A program made the translations under genes and the position numbers. From contig OX597836.1 of NCBI GenBank assembly GCA_951406725.2, forward strand, positions 7,626,001 through 7,690,000: DNA of 64,000 bases. The letters run 5' to 3'. This document shows, in pieces, positions 1 to 13,556 of the stretch. The DNA comes from Octopus vulgaris (taxonomy: Eukaryota). The notes beneath the pieces are model-generated. The model searched no databases. It was not told the DNA's origin and was given only the letters and a program-made list of their open reading frames with translations. Numbering within the stretch: position 1 is the first letter of the stretch; each line of letters opens with the position of its first letter.

Positions 1-897
1 GTGCTGCAATCATTGCTATGTACAAAAACGTACAAGTGGATCAGTAACCATCATCATCATCATCATATCACCATCAACAACAAAGCAGAATGGGATATTA
101 AAAAAAAATAATATATATATATATGACTTTCTCATTCTCTACATTCAAATCAAGGAGGGTTAAACAATAGAGAAGGGCAGGGGAGTAAAAAAAATGGAAA
201 GTAAAAAATAAAATATTTTAGTAATCATAAGAAAAAAATAATAGTTCACGTCAAAAAGATATCCTTTGAAATTAAGGGCTGCTTTTTCTTTTCACTCTTT
301 CTCCTTTCGGTGGTGTTGGGTGGTGGGGGAAGGGAGGGCTGCATGTTTTTCTTCCTTTCTATTTCTTCCATGAGCACACTGTAAGTGCAGCATGTCACAG
401 TATGAGTTTTCTCTTTCAATGCAACACAATATGCCTGCAGTCACAGGAGAGAAAATTTGTATGGTGACATGATGTGCCTAAGCACCTCTTAGTTTTCTAT
501 ATTTTTCTGGTTTCAGCATTTTAACCTTGATAAATTGGTAATTCATTAAACCTAGAGCAGTTGAAATCAATAATTTATTCCTTCAAATAATGACTCAAAT
601 GATGGGAAAGAGAGAGAAATGCAGGGCAAAATGCAAAAGGTAAATTTAAACAATTAGTCTATTGTGGGGGATGCATTTGAGCAACAGATCTTGCAGGTAA
701 ATAAATTATACTTTGGGAGTTAAAAATAGAAAATGTGAATATTTATTTCCTTGCATTATTATATTAGATAAAGAAGGCAGAGCTAATTGACTGAATAATC
801 ATTTTGTTTTGTTTACTTCATTTTATATCAATAGGGGACAGGGGTTAAGAATTCTTTTCCAAATACTTTGAAGAGTAGGGAAGGGAAAGACAGCCCG

Positions 898-931
<34 letters not shown>

Positions 932-3889
932 CATACACACACACACACATCATACATATATATATCATATATATAATAACATGCATACACATATAAAAAT
1001 TAAAAAAGAATGCACACATAGGCATCGATGTTGGAGGCAAGTAGAAAAAAAAAATGAACAAAACTTAACATTATTATTATTATTATTTGTGGTTTTGTGC
1101 CTATGTTAGAAATAATTATCATCATCATCATCACCAGGCTAATTCAATAAACAGCTACTGGCTGTAGAAACCAGCTGAAAAATAAAAAAAAAAAAAGAGG
1201 GGAAGTAGAACTGTTCAGTGTGTGGAGGTGGGTGGCATGTTTTTTTTTTCACAGATTAGGAAAAAAAAAAAAAAGCACTCAGTACACACTGTAAAGTGGT
1301 TGGTTTTAGAAAGGGCATCACATCTGTAGAAACTATGTCAAAGCAGACACTGGAGTATGACACAGTCCACTGGCCTGTTGGATTGTCAAATCATCCTAAC
1401 CATTCCAGCATGGAAGACTGATGTTAAATGATTTCATATATGATGAGTTTCATGTAAACTTCCAGCTACCAAATTCCACTGATAACACACTGAAACAGCT
1501 TGAGGCTACTGCAGAAGTCACTTGTTCATGGTGCCACATAGACACGAAGCAATACAGTTGGAATGAGAACAGCTTAACCAGACATCACTGTGCCTATAAG
1601 GTATAAAATTTACTTAGGCTCAGCAAAAATCAGATACCTTCTCAGTACCTAAATCTTCATGTGGACAGAAAAAGTAGGCTGCAATCAGTCAGAGAATTCC
1701 GATTTAGGTTGAATGATCACAACAGTTTGTTTGTTTTTGTTTAAGGACTGACATGGTCTCTGATTCTGACAGGCCATAGGCATCAGAAATTACAAGGCAT
1801 AAACAGCATGGGGAAATTGTCAAGAAATTCCAAGAAGAAAACACAGTAAGCTTAATTCTGGCATTTGAGAAAGTGAATGAAATCTTTTCATTCTCTCTGC
1901 AATTCTTTCTGCTATAGGCACAAGGTCTAAAATGAGGAGTTAAGATGATCACACCGACCTCAGTGCTTAACTGGCACCTATTTTATCAACCCTAAAAGGA
2001 TAAAAGGATGAAAGGCAAAGTTGATGTCGGTGGTATATGAACACAGTAAAGAGCTGAAAGAAACGCTACTATGCATTTTGTCCATTATGCTAATGATTTA
2101 GCATCTAACCACCTTAATAACAACAAAGCCAACTCTTTACAACCACATCTCCAAATACTTGTTTTACTCTATTTTTTTTTCATGGGGAGAAGTTGAAGAA
2201 CAACTATTTCCCCCACTCACCAAGTTATCTGACAGGGTAGATGCTGTCAAATTTACTGACACTTAAATGAGAGGATACAGTACACCTCTACAGTGGGATA
2301 TGAACTTAGAACATCACTAAATACAGTGTAAAAGACATCTGACATTTACATTAGATGCTCTATCAATTCTGTCCATTCACTGAGCCCTTTCAGTAGGAAT
2401 AATGCCCTCTTTTTTTCCCCCCCCCAATAACCACAACAGTTTTGAACCCAGAATGCATATCTCAATAGAGCATTTAGCTCAGCACTCCACTCATTCCAAT
2501 CCACTACCAGGTTAGGATAATAACAACAACAATTTCCAAGAAGATAGGCACAAGGCCAGACATTTTTTTTTATGGGGAGGGAGTGGTCAAATAGTTTGAC
2601 CATGCTCCCGGAAGGATGAAAGGCAAAGTCGACCTCAGTGGAATTTGAACAATAATAATAATAATAATAATAATAATTTCTAACATTAGCACAAGGCCAC
2701 ACACATTTTTGGTTAAGAGGTGGGGGAGGGAGAGAGGGATTGTCGATTCCATCAGTATCTCACTGGTAGTTCATTTAATCGACTCCTCTTGCCATACCCC
2801 CTACCTCCTGAGATAGGATGAAAGGCAAAGTCGACCTTGCTAAGACTGAAACAATAATAATAATTTTAATAATATCAATTGATACGTTAGCCTTGATAAT
2901 TCAGAAGAAACAATACAGCAAAGCAAATAGAATTTAACGGATGAACTGTAAAGATAAAAAGATAATAATAATAATAATAATGATAATAAATCAAGCTGTT
3001 GTACAAGATGTTTAGGTTTATAAAGTTACAACTATGCGATGAAAGATTAGAGATTGATTTATAATACAAGACAGGGTAAAAACAGTTATTTACACACCAA
3101 TTCCAGGAAAAAGATTTCATTGCCTAGATGAGGTGGGGGAGGGACAAGAGTGTGAAGGCGAAAGCAAAAAGAGTAAGAGAGATAAATCAATAGCCAGACA
3201 GACAGATAGATGGATAGATAGATAGATAGATAGAATATTTCTAAGTTTGAGATCTGCAATATCACTAAATACCAGCAAAACAAAACAGAAAGAAAAAAAC
3301 TCACAATTCTCACAAGATGAAATTCTAATCTCAACTTTTTGAAGTTGCTTGCCTTGTTTATATATTTTTTGTTTTGAATTATATAATACATTTTTATTTT
3401 TTTTTATATTTCTTGTCAATTTTTATAAGTAGCAGCATTTTTTTAAACATAAAAAATTGATTGAAAAAATAAATATATATACATGTATATATATATATAT
3501 ATATTTATTTATTTATATTTATGCATTTATGCATCTTTTAATGACAATTGTCGAAAACAAGAAAAAGAAAAATTATAGACCTCAAATACAAAATTATCAA
3601 CACAACTGGGATTTTCTGAGAAATCAAATTTTTTATAAATTCAAAGTAAACATTGAAATTTCAAATAGTTTAAATAATATTTTTAAGTACTGAGTCACTT
3701 TTAAACCTGAAATTATTGAAACTAACCAATGCAAGCTCCTGATCTTTTCTTTATGACTGGGAACAAAATACAACACAATTTCACTTCTTTTTTTTTTTTT
3801 TACTAAACAACTTCACTCACTTTTACACAGCCATTATCTGAAAATTATTTGGCAAAAAACTGTGTCTATGTACATGTGATATATACATA

Positions 3890-4163
3890 CTTTGTGTATA
3901 CACACACATACATGTGTATACATATATACATATGTATACACACACACATATACATATATGTATATATATATATATATACATATGTATCGGTATACACACA
4001 CACACACATACATACATACACATACATATATATACATACACATATATATACATACATATACATACATATATATGCATACATACATATATACATACATATA
4101 CATACATATATATGCATACATACATATATACATACATATACATACATATATATGCATACATAC

Positions 4164-4210
<47 letters not shown>

Positions 4211-4375
4211 CACATACATATATACATACATACATATATATATATACATATATACATATACATATATACATATACATACATACATACATATACATACATA
4301 CATACATATACATACATACATATATACATATACATACATACATACATATATACATACATATATATACATACATAC

Positions 4376-4444
<69 letters not shown>

Positions 4445-4459
4445 CATATACATACATAC

Positions 4460-4495
<36 letters not shown>

Positions 4496-4516
4496 ACATA
4501 CATATATACATACATA

Positions 4517-4548
<32 letters not shown>

Positions 4549-5073
4549 CATATATACATACATATATACATACATATATATATATACATACATATACATA
4601 TATACATACATACATATACATACATATACATATATACATACATACATACATATACATACATATATATACATACATATACACATACATATATACATACATA
4701 CACACATACATATATATATATATACACATATATATACACATACATATATATATACATATATATACACATACATATATATATACATATATATACACATACA
4801 TATATATATACATATATATACACATACATATATATATATACATATATATACACATACATATATATATACATATATATACACATACATATATATACATATA
4901 TATACACATACATATATATATACATATATATACACATACATATATATATACATATATATACACATACATATATATATACATATATATACACATACATATA
5001 TATATACATATATATACACATACATATATATATACATATATATACACATACATATACACATACATATATATAC

Positions 5074-5104
<31 letters not shown>

Positions 5105-5250
5105 CATACATATACATACATATATATATACATACATATACATACATATATATACATACATACACATACATATATATACATACATACATATACATACATA
5201 TATATATATATATACACACACACACGCACACACATACATGCATACACACA
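3890..5250. repeat. About 1.36-kb compound (TA)/(CA)/(TACA) microsatellite
   Basis: Almost unbroken purine-pyrimidine alternation, with local higher-order units (40-bp period marked by TATGCATACA at 4071, 4111 and 4151). Confidence 0.97.
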
Positions 5251-6322
5251 CGGAATTTCAATTTAGAAATACAAGAAAATATAAAACAAAGCCTACAAAA
5301 GAGAGGAAAAAACAGTATCCAAATGATGGAGGGAAGCCTGCAGTAGCTTACAAGTGAAAAATTTCATATACACACATGTATGTGTATGTATGTATATAGG
5401 TGTGTGTAGGAGAGATAGAAGCAGCATCGAGTTATTCCTACTCATTGAAGATTTATTAATGATCCTTTCAAATTTTGGCACAGAGCCAGCAGTTTTAAGG
5501 GGATGGGTTAGGTGATTACGTCAACCCCAGGACTTGGCTGGTACTTGTTTCATTGACCCCAAAAAGATGAAAGGCAAAGTTGACCTAGGTGGGATCTGAA
5601 CTCTGAACTTAACCAGAAGAAATGCTATTAAACATGTTCTTCAACGCTCTAACAACTCACCACCTTAATACTTTTGAGAGAACTTCCCAAACTTTTTTCT
5701 ATTTTTGGTGGGTGAAGAGGCTGAGTTGTTTTAAATCAGCTCTAGGACTTAATTGTTACCACTTTAATCAACTGATCCCAAAAGGATAAGAGGCAAAGCA
5801 AATTCTGCTACAATTTGAACACAGAAATTGAAGACGGGCAACTAAAAAACAAACAAACAAACAAAACCTGGAAGCCATTTAGCCTGACCATTCCACTGAT
5901 TCTGCTAATCCACTGCCCTTATATCTGATAGTAAGCTGACAAAATGCTTTTACAACAGTTTCTATCCCCATCAAAAGTGTTTCACTATAACCAAAAAAAC
6001 AAATAAAAACAATAAAAGAAAACAAACAAAACAAACATTCAGGTAAGCATTTGTTTATAACATTTTTCCATCTCACACCCACCACATTTATACACTCACA
6101 TAACGTGTTTGTTATATATAAACATACACATTTGATTTACAAACGAGGATTATGTACTCAATACATAAAGTAGAGTTTATGTATTTCTATTTGAAGTTGT
6201 GTAGTCCCTTCACAGCTTCAGTAAAGATATATATTATACATATATAATATATATTACACACAAGTAATAATATATATTAAACAAATGTAATAATATATGT
6301 TATACACATATAATAATATATA

Positions 6323-6815
6323 CGAGGGGGTGTTGAAAAGGTCCTGGATTTAAGGGTACTGTGAAAGGGTAGAGCAGATACCTTTACAGGGGAAGTAGAA
6401 CAACTATTTAGAAGATAGCAAAAAATCATGATGGTATACAATATATCTGTTTTTTTAACTATCAATGTATGATGGCAGCTCCTACAGAGGATTTTGGTAC
6501 GATTGAAGCATAGGCAGTCATGAAGTTCCTCATTTTGCAAAGCAAAGGAACGGCGGAAACCTGTGGTGAGATGAAGAAAGTCTTGAAGGATGCCCATCTT
6601 ACTCCACAGTTAAGATCTGGGTGTTAAGGTTTCCGACCAGTCATTTCGAAGTCATATATGAACCCTCATCTGGATGGCCAACTTCTGTGGCTACAGACGA
6701 CAAAGCCTTCAGAGGCCTGGTGGGAGGCCCAACCTTGAGTTCTTTTTATAGGGCTTAGAAAAACTGAGAGACCACTGCATATACCCAGAGCCAGGAATAT
6801 TTCAGCACCCCCTTG
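6323..6815 (+). mobile_element. Internally deleted mariner (irritans/Hsmar2-like TIRs)
   Basis: TA|CGAGGGGGTGTTGAAAAGGTCCTGG ... CCAGGAATATTTCAGCACCCCCTTG|TA. Internal transposase N-terminal relic (AVMKFLIL; STVKIWV...EPSSGWPTS, compare EPRSGRP). Confidence 0.85.
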
Positions 6816-7912
6816 TACTACACATGTATATGTTGTACATATATATAATATATATCATATACATGTAATAGTTACATATATAATATGTAATATTATATGT
6901 TATACATACACAATATACATCACACATGTATAATACATATATAATATCATATATATATTGTTAGTCTATTTTGTGGTGCAAATAAAATGCAAACGGGATT
7001 AATGTGACGGAACTGTGTAAAGACTGATACATATATACATACACAAACACACACACACGTATGTATGTGACTATGTTTATCAAATGTAAATTAAACAGAA
7101 AATTACATTTTTATACATTATCCTCAACAAAGCTTTGGACAATCAATATCTTGGCCAACTGTATGTTTGTTTGTGTGTGTGTGTGTGTGTGTGTGTTTTT
7201 ATCACTGACATTGAGAAGTAAACATTTTTCTTAATCAGTTAATGTGAAGCATAGTCAGCTAAAGGAATGACTTGAACAAAATCTTGATTCAGATAATATG
7301 TAAATCATATTTAATTTACATTTGACAAACATTAGGTGTATACACACACACACACATATATATATATATACACACACATACACATATATATTTGTACACA
7401 CAAATTTGGCCCTAATCACTTATGGTAGGTATTTTCAACCAAAGTAGCCATAAATGTAGTGTGCGTGCGTGTGTGTGTGTGTGTGTACGTACATGTTTAT
7501 AGTGACAGCAGAGTATCATCCTCATTTGTAAACATTAATTAGAAGGGGTCTTGAATAATTAATTATGCATATATTTTTCCAAATTGACAGAGTTCAAATA
7601 TAGCGCGCACACGCACACACATACACACAAGGAAGGGAGAGGAAGCAGAGAAGAGAAAGGGGGGAGGATTTACTTAGAGCAAGAGACGGAGAGGGAGGGG
7701 GAGAAGAAATATCATCAACAAATAAAACTTGAGAGAAATTCGTTAAAAAGAACCTGGAAGTAATTTTTTTTTGTTTTAACTTTTCCACCCATGCTTTTTT
7801 TTGGTGTGTAGTTTCATATTTTCATTCCTTGTTTTCGTTCACACCTTGAAAAACGGAAACTTTGTGTTTTTCAACATTTTTAGTTTTGTGTTTTTTCCTT
7901 CTCTTCTTTTCC

Positions 7913-8060
7913 TTTATTTCGTCTCTTTTTGTTTGTTTATTTGTTAACTTTTAAAATTTTTTTGTTTTTTTTTAAGGGGGTTTTTATGTTTTCCGCAAGG
8001 CAATACTTTCTCAAGTGACATTTTTTTAATATTTATTTATTTATATATATATATACATAC

Positions 8061-8093
<33 letters not shown>

Positions 8094-8104
8094 TTTATAC
8101 ATAC

Positions 8105-8149
<45 letters not shown>

Positions 8150-8184
8150 GTAGGAATGGAAGCCAGAATGTCTTATGCTTTATT
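7913..8184 (-). terminator. Candidate Rac polyadenylation signals in the 3' UTR
   Basis: Minus-strand AATAAA at 8179-8184, 8032-8037, 7936-7941 and 7913-7918. Which one is used cannot be told from sequence. Confidence 0.35.
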
Positions 8185-8339
8185 ATTTTATACACAGATT
8201 GGAAAACTGTCAAGGACGTATGAGTGGCTGGTAAGATAAAAATGACAAAAAAAAAAAAAAGGAAAACATACTTCACACCTGAACAGTGTCAAAGTAATTA
8301 GGAAGTTGGGGGAATAGGTAAAGGTAATTAAATTGCAAA

Positions 8340-8630
8340 TTAAAAAATCTTGCATTTGTGCCTTTTGCATGGTTTTGGCTTGGGACATAAAACAGCACGA
8401 ATAGCTTCGTCAAAAACCATTTTGAGCCCTTTCTGCGTCAAAGCAGAGCATTCTAGATACTTTACTGCCGTGATTTCTTTAGCCATAGCAAGACCCTGAG
8501 GATAGGTAATTGGAGACAGTTTCTTCTCTCGCAGTTTCTCTACTGTTTCCTTGTCTTCTCTCAGGTCAAGTTTCGTGCCGACCAATATGATTGGTGTATT
8601 TGGACAATGATGGCCAACTTCAGGATACCA
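8340..8630 (-). CDS. Rac1: Rac terminal exon 5 ([23 protein letters not shown]...[10 protein letters not shown]...[15 protein letters not shown]), 291 nt
   Basis: Acceptor tttctttcag|TGG at 8630. Contains G4 (TKLD), G5 (CSAL), polybasic region and CaaX. Lies within ORF 8340..8678. Confidence 0.97.
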   Translation of the reverse strand, partial: WYPEVGHHCPNTPIILVGTKLDLREDKETVEKLREKKLSPITYPQGLAMAKEITAVKYLECSALTQKGLKMVFDEAIRAVLCPKPKPCKRHKCKIF

Positions 8631-9049
8631 CTGAAAGAAACAGAAATTGGAAACTTTAGAAAATATAAAGTTTAACACTTAAAATATCTTTTATGACTGT
8701 GACTAAGAAGGTCAGTTTCTGCCAACACAATTTAATTCACAATGCTTAGGTTGAATCAAAGCAACATACTGGTTAGTTCACATTGCTCTGTAAGGAGCAT
8801 ACAGCCAGTTTCCCGGTTTCTCTGGCATATATATTCCTCCCTGGATGGGATGCCAGTCTATCACAAGGTTACTCATTGAAAGCTGAGTGGATTTGTGCAG
8901 TGTCAGTGCAATACCCTAATCACTAGGCCATGCACCTTCACAAAGTCAACATATTAACCATTGTAAAATATTTTTTTACTATTTCTCTCTTCCTTCCTAT
9001 TGCATATCTTGAGTAGCTAAATCTGGTAAATTTAATCTTTTTCCAGGCC

Positions 9050-10950
9050 TTAGAACAATGGATTTCTTTCAGAGCAGGGGTTACCAACAAGATTCTTTTC
9101 ACTGAGCACTTGGCAAATCTTGACTCAACAGCTACCATATCCTCTACATGCATCAAATACTTGTACCATAGCAGTCTTTTCTCTTATACACCTCATCTGA
9201 TTCCCTTTATATTTGCTTTTTCTCTCAACTCATTATTCATGCAGACTAACATCACACATCCTGTGAAGAATGCTGGCTTCAATTCTTTTTTTTTTTGTCT
9301 TTGTAAATCCTCTGCATTGCACTTCATACATAAGCACCATACAATCTGCCTTTCACTCTGAGAAAAGAAATCCTTTGTTGCCAGCAGAGGTAATAGCTTC
9401 CTGAATATTTTCCAGTGTGTTCTTACTCTAGCTGCTATGTTTCTAGAGCACCCTGCCCACAACAGTTAATTAGTTAGCAGAAACTTCTCAAGAACCACCT
9501 GGGTATTTGAGAGAATCTATTTCCACTCTCAACACTGGATACACCAAATAGAATTTCAATCTATACTTTTCCTGCATACCAGATACAGCCATTCCCTGGT
9601 GGTAGCAGAGTTCTATGTGCTTGCAAAAACATGTCTTTGCTAAATTTACAATAAGGCCATTTATTATCAGGTTTTGTTTCCATATCTCAAATTTCTTCAA
9701 CTCCTCTACAAAACCTGCCACAAAAGATACGTTACCAACATAGAAGAGTCCCCCTAAATATCCAGAATTAAATTCTTCTATTACAGCATAAAGAATCATA
9801 ATAAACTGAAAGAGGCTGATAACTGAGCTCTAAGGGACCACCCCACATGGACACTAAATTAATGGAAGTCACTGTTGTCTCCCCTTGTTGACTGTACTTC
9901 TACATGACCTGCCCTGTATGGCCTTCACAAATCATTCATCTATCCCTAGCTTTAGCAACCACCACATCAGAGCAAGGTACCCTGTCCAAAGCATTCTCCA
10001 GTTGTCTCATTAAGAATATGGCATCAGTAGTACCTCTTCCTGAGACAAATCCTAAATTGCATCTCATCTAGGCTCCATTCATAATCAATTTGTGATAACT
10101 GTTGCAGTAAACTTCAAAATCTTGCACAACAATTTGATGCCTCAGTAGTTTTCTCTCTATAGTTCATTTCCTTTACCCCGTAGCAGTTTATGGTGATGCT
10201 TCTAGGCCAGTCACTGGATATACAGAAACCTCCCAGAGAAATAATTAAAATCTTGAAAAATATAAATACCTATCGGCTGCAGAAACCGCAATATACTGAG
10301 TCTGCAATATAAATTTACATATATTAGCCAGAAAAACCTGCGATGCACTGAGTGTGCGACAGGTAAACGATGTATGAGTGCACGACAGGTGAACAACGTA
10401 CTGAGTGCACAATAGGTGAACTGCGATATGGCAAGGGATTACTGTCACACCTTCTGCATCATTTGATTGACTATTTGTGTGACCAACTCATACCCTACTT
10501 TGTTAGATATTTTAAACTTCTCAGTCACTATCCTGTAGCCTTCCTTGCTTTCAACTTACAAGACTGGTCTCTGCTGGTTCACTTGGAGTAGACTGTCTCT
10601 CCCAAGTATTCTCCACATTCAACAGCCTCTTGTTCCATCAGTAAGAGAAACTGCACCATTAGTATTCCTTATACACACTTCTCCAACATACTGATTCTCT
10701 CTAGCACAGTGCCTGGCAATCTGGAACACCATATAACTGTCATCCTCAATTCTAAGAACATTGACAAAGTTTTTTTTTACTTTCAGCTTATCCCCTTACT
10801 AAGCATACCTGACAACCAGCTTCTCTTCTACTTCTCTGATATTTTTTCTTTGCACTCTCCATTCTTGCAATCTTTTAAAGCCTGTCTCTTAGCCTTTGTG
10901 GCTCTGCTACAGAACCATTCTATCACCATACTGAACTCAGAACAACCAAA
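9050..10950 (-). mobile_element. Decayed RTE-clade LINE fragment (RT and C-terminus)
   Basis: Relics DEMQF.GFVSGRGTTDA (~10021-10070) and GCSRNIAARVRTHWKIFRKLLPLLATK (ORF 9193..9462); many stops and frameshifts. Confidence 0.8.
10211..10444. mobile_element. One-ended Tigger-like fragment with three 26-27 bp subterminal tandem units, interrupting an RTE LINE
   Basis: Ends in CGATATGGCAAGGGATTACTG, the same TIR family as 23804. Units at 10341, 10368 and 10394 (CGATGYACTGAGTGYRCGACAGGTRAA). Confidence 0.6.
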
Positions 10951-11053
10951 TATAAAGTATTTCATCTAATGCTACTAATTTTACCAGCCACACACCCACC
11001 CACCAACAGGAAATTATGTATGTGTTTACATAAGAATTTAGAAACTGCTAGAC

Positions 11054-11119
11054 CAGTGGTTCCCATCCTGGAGTCTGCAAGGGTAGTACTGGGGACCCAT
11101 GAACTAGATTCAAAATTTC

Positions 11120-11151
<32 letters not shown>

Positions 11152-11215
11152 GCTTAAGGATATTAAAAGGAGTCCATGGGAAAACTCATTTAAATAGAAG
11201 GGTTGGGAACCACTG
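11054..11215. mobile_element. hAT (Charlie-type) MITE, 162 bp
   Basis: CAGTGGTTCCCA...TGGGAACCACTG TIRs; 8-bp TSD TGCTAGAC/TTCTAGAC with the CTAG core typical of Charlie targets. Confidence 0.85.
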
Positions 11216-11478
11216 TTCTAGACACATGAAATAAATGATTTTAACAGAACTCAGATTAGATAAAACTATAAATAATAGCTTGTAAATATTGGGTTTAAAA
11301 AGAGACCTTGGGTGGGAAAAGTTGAAGGCTGCCTTATCCCAGGGTTTTTTTAAACCTAATACTTACATGCTATTATCTATGGTGTTATCTAGTCTGAGTT
11401 CCATTAAAAACAAATTCTTTTTAAGGATTTCTGTATATGTATTTATATTTGACATTTAGATAGAATAAAAATTCTTTA

Positions 11479-11580
<102 letters not shown>

Positions 11581-12789
11581 TCAGAAATATTGTAATACAA
11601 TAAAGTAAGATACATATTTTAATTACAAATGCACAAACAGGATGAATGGAAACAAAATGGATGTTTCTTTAAAAAAACAAAAAAAAGAACTCCATTATTT
11701 CACTGTTTCTGTTTACTGATTCCACTCACAGAAGCACTGGTTGGATTGGGCTATGACAGGAGATATTTGCTCAGGGTACCACAAAGTAGGACTTAATAAG
11801 AAGCCATGTGGTCATGAAACCAACTGCTTAGTCTCCCTACACACATGAACAGTAAGGTGTATCTTGTATAAAAACCGAAGGTGATAAAAGGCAACACAGG
11901 AATATTATTTGTAAAAACTGAACAATAAAAACAGTCAAAGGGAGGTGATGATAAAGTTGACTGAAGTGTTTTATCTGTAACAAACAGGTTACTCTATCTC
12001 CATAGGACACAAACATCTCTCTCGATGGGTTTCAGTTTGCTACAGTGGTACACACTGTAAATAGTCTTGCTATAATAATGATATCAATTTTACAAAATAA
12101 CTTTCCTTCACCACAGTTTTATTTTTCCCCCACTGTGTAGAATTAAATTTAACCGATTCCAAAAATATTTGCTTTCTCCATCATCAACCAACAACAGAAT
12201 AATGCTCATAATTCCAATTTTGTTACACTTAGTGAATAGTCTGTTTGCCCACATAGGTGAAACCATATGTTTATAGATCTAAAAATCATACTTTCTCTCT
12301 TTCTCAGAATTGGCAAGCATAAAATCCAAACCTTAGTCAGATATATTGCTTCAAAGGTACCAAACAAACACCACATAAAATTATGAAAGGTGCAAAATTC
12401 TAGAAAGTATATAGATTGTATTTCAAATGCGTATTGGTGACCAAGCCCTAAGCACTTTATGTAATATGTGAAAGTAGCTGATCTAATTCAAGAAGGATGG
12501 TTAATCAGCGTGAAAAGAGCTATGCTCTTTGCTTGTACCAGAAAACCAAATAGTCACCATGATGACTACTATTTCTGCATGCTTGATGATGACGAACTCT
12601 CCAGTATCTATACAAGCTGCCTTGTACAGCACCTGTTTCTTGTGATGTCACCAATGTCATAACTATCAGCAAATTGCAGAGGATATTCAAAGACTAAAGA
12701 AATTAAACAAGCATAATCCATTGGATATGTTAAAGTGTATGAATGATAGAGTATAAACGATGGAGACAAAAGCTACATATAAGAGGAAT

Positions 12790-13200
12790 CAGATTGTGTT
12801 AACATGGGCCGTGACTGCTGAGGACATGTGTAAGCTTGCAAGGAATGAAGCCAGTATGCTCCACTGGGTAATGTCAGTGTGCATACACGACAGAATGTAA
12901 GCACCCTGAGAGAAAAGTTGGATTTAAGAAGCATCAGATGTGGTGTGCAAGAGAGACGACTGCACTGGTATGGTCACGTGTTGCAAATGAATGAGGACAG
13001 TTGTGTGAAAAAGTGTCACACCCTAGCAGTTGAGGGAACCTGTGGAAAACCTGGGATGAGATGGTGAAGCACAACCTTTGAACATTGGGTTTTACCAAGG
13101 CAATGACTAGTGACCGAGACCTTTGGAGATATGCTGTGCTTGAGAAGACCAAACAAGCCAAGTGAGACCATAGTTCATGGCCTATGCCTGTGGGTGTAAC
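12790..13200 (+). mobile_element. RTE LINE 3' end
   Basis: ORF 12879..13067 LREKLDLRSIRCGVQERRLHWYGHVLQMNEDSCVKKC matches the RTE C-terminal RRLRWYGHV motif. Confidence 0.85.
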
Positions 13201-13319
13201 CAGCCCATTTATGAATACCCCTCATTCATTGGACAATAAACTTTGCTTGTGAAGACATTGAGGCAAGTGAAATCAAAATTGCTGATGTGGCTGATGACAG
13301 TACTGCCTGATTGGCACTT

Positions 13320-13556
13320 GTGCCAGTGGAACGTTAAAAGTACATCCGAGCGTGATCGTTGCCAGGGCCACGGCTTGGCTCCTGTACCGGTGACACGTGA
13401 AAAGCACCATTCAAATGTGATCATTGCCAGCGTCGCTTTACCAGCACATGCTGGTGGCACATGAAAAACAACATTCAAGCGTGGTCGTTGCCAGTGCCGC
13501 TGGACTGGCTCCTGTGCAGGTAGCACGTAAAAGCATCTTTTGAGTGTGGTCATTGT
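13320..13556 (+). repeat. About four degenerate ~60-bp tandem units following the LINE tail
   Basis: Recurrent CACGTRAAAAGCAC...CRAGYGTGRTCRTTGCCAG, with alternating A/B spacers. Confidence 0.7.

Noticed and set aside
3823-5357. Six overlapping 450-500 aa ORFs rich in Y/I/H/T or Y/M/V/C
   Set aside because: Artefact of the RY-alternating microsatellite: every stop codon needs two adjacent purines, so all six frames stay open.
8631-8678. N-terminal [16 protein letters not shown] of ORF 8340..8678
   Set aside because: Intron 4 polypyrimidine tract; the exon starts at 8630 after tttcag.
13320-13556. Repeat-spacer-like pattern resembling a CRISPR array (also 10341-10420 and 43640-43740)
   Set aside because: Eukaryotic context, degenerate repeats, spacers related to each other, no cas genes. 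These are minisatellite-like parts of transposons.
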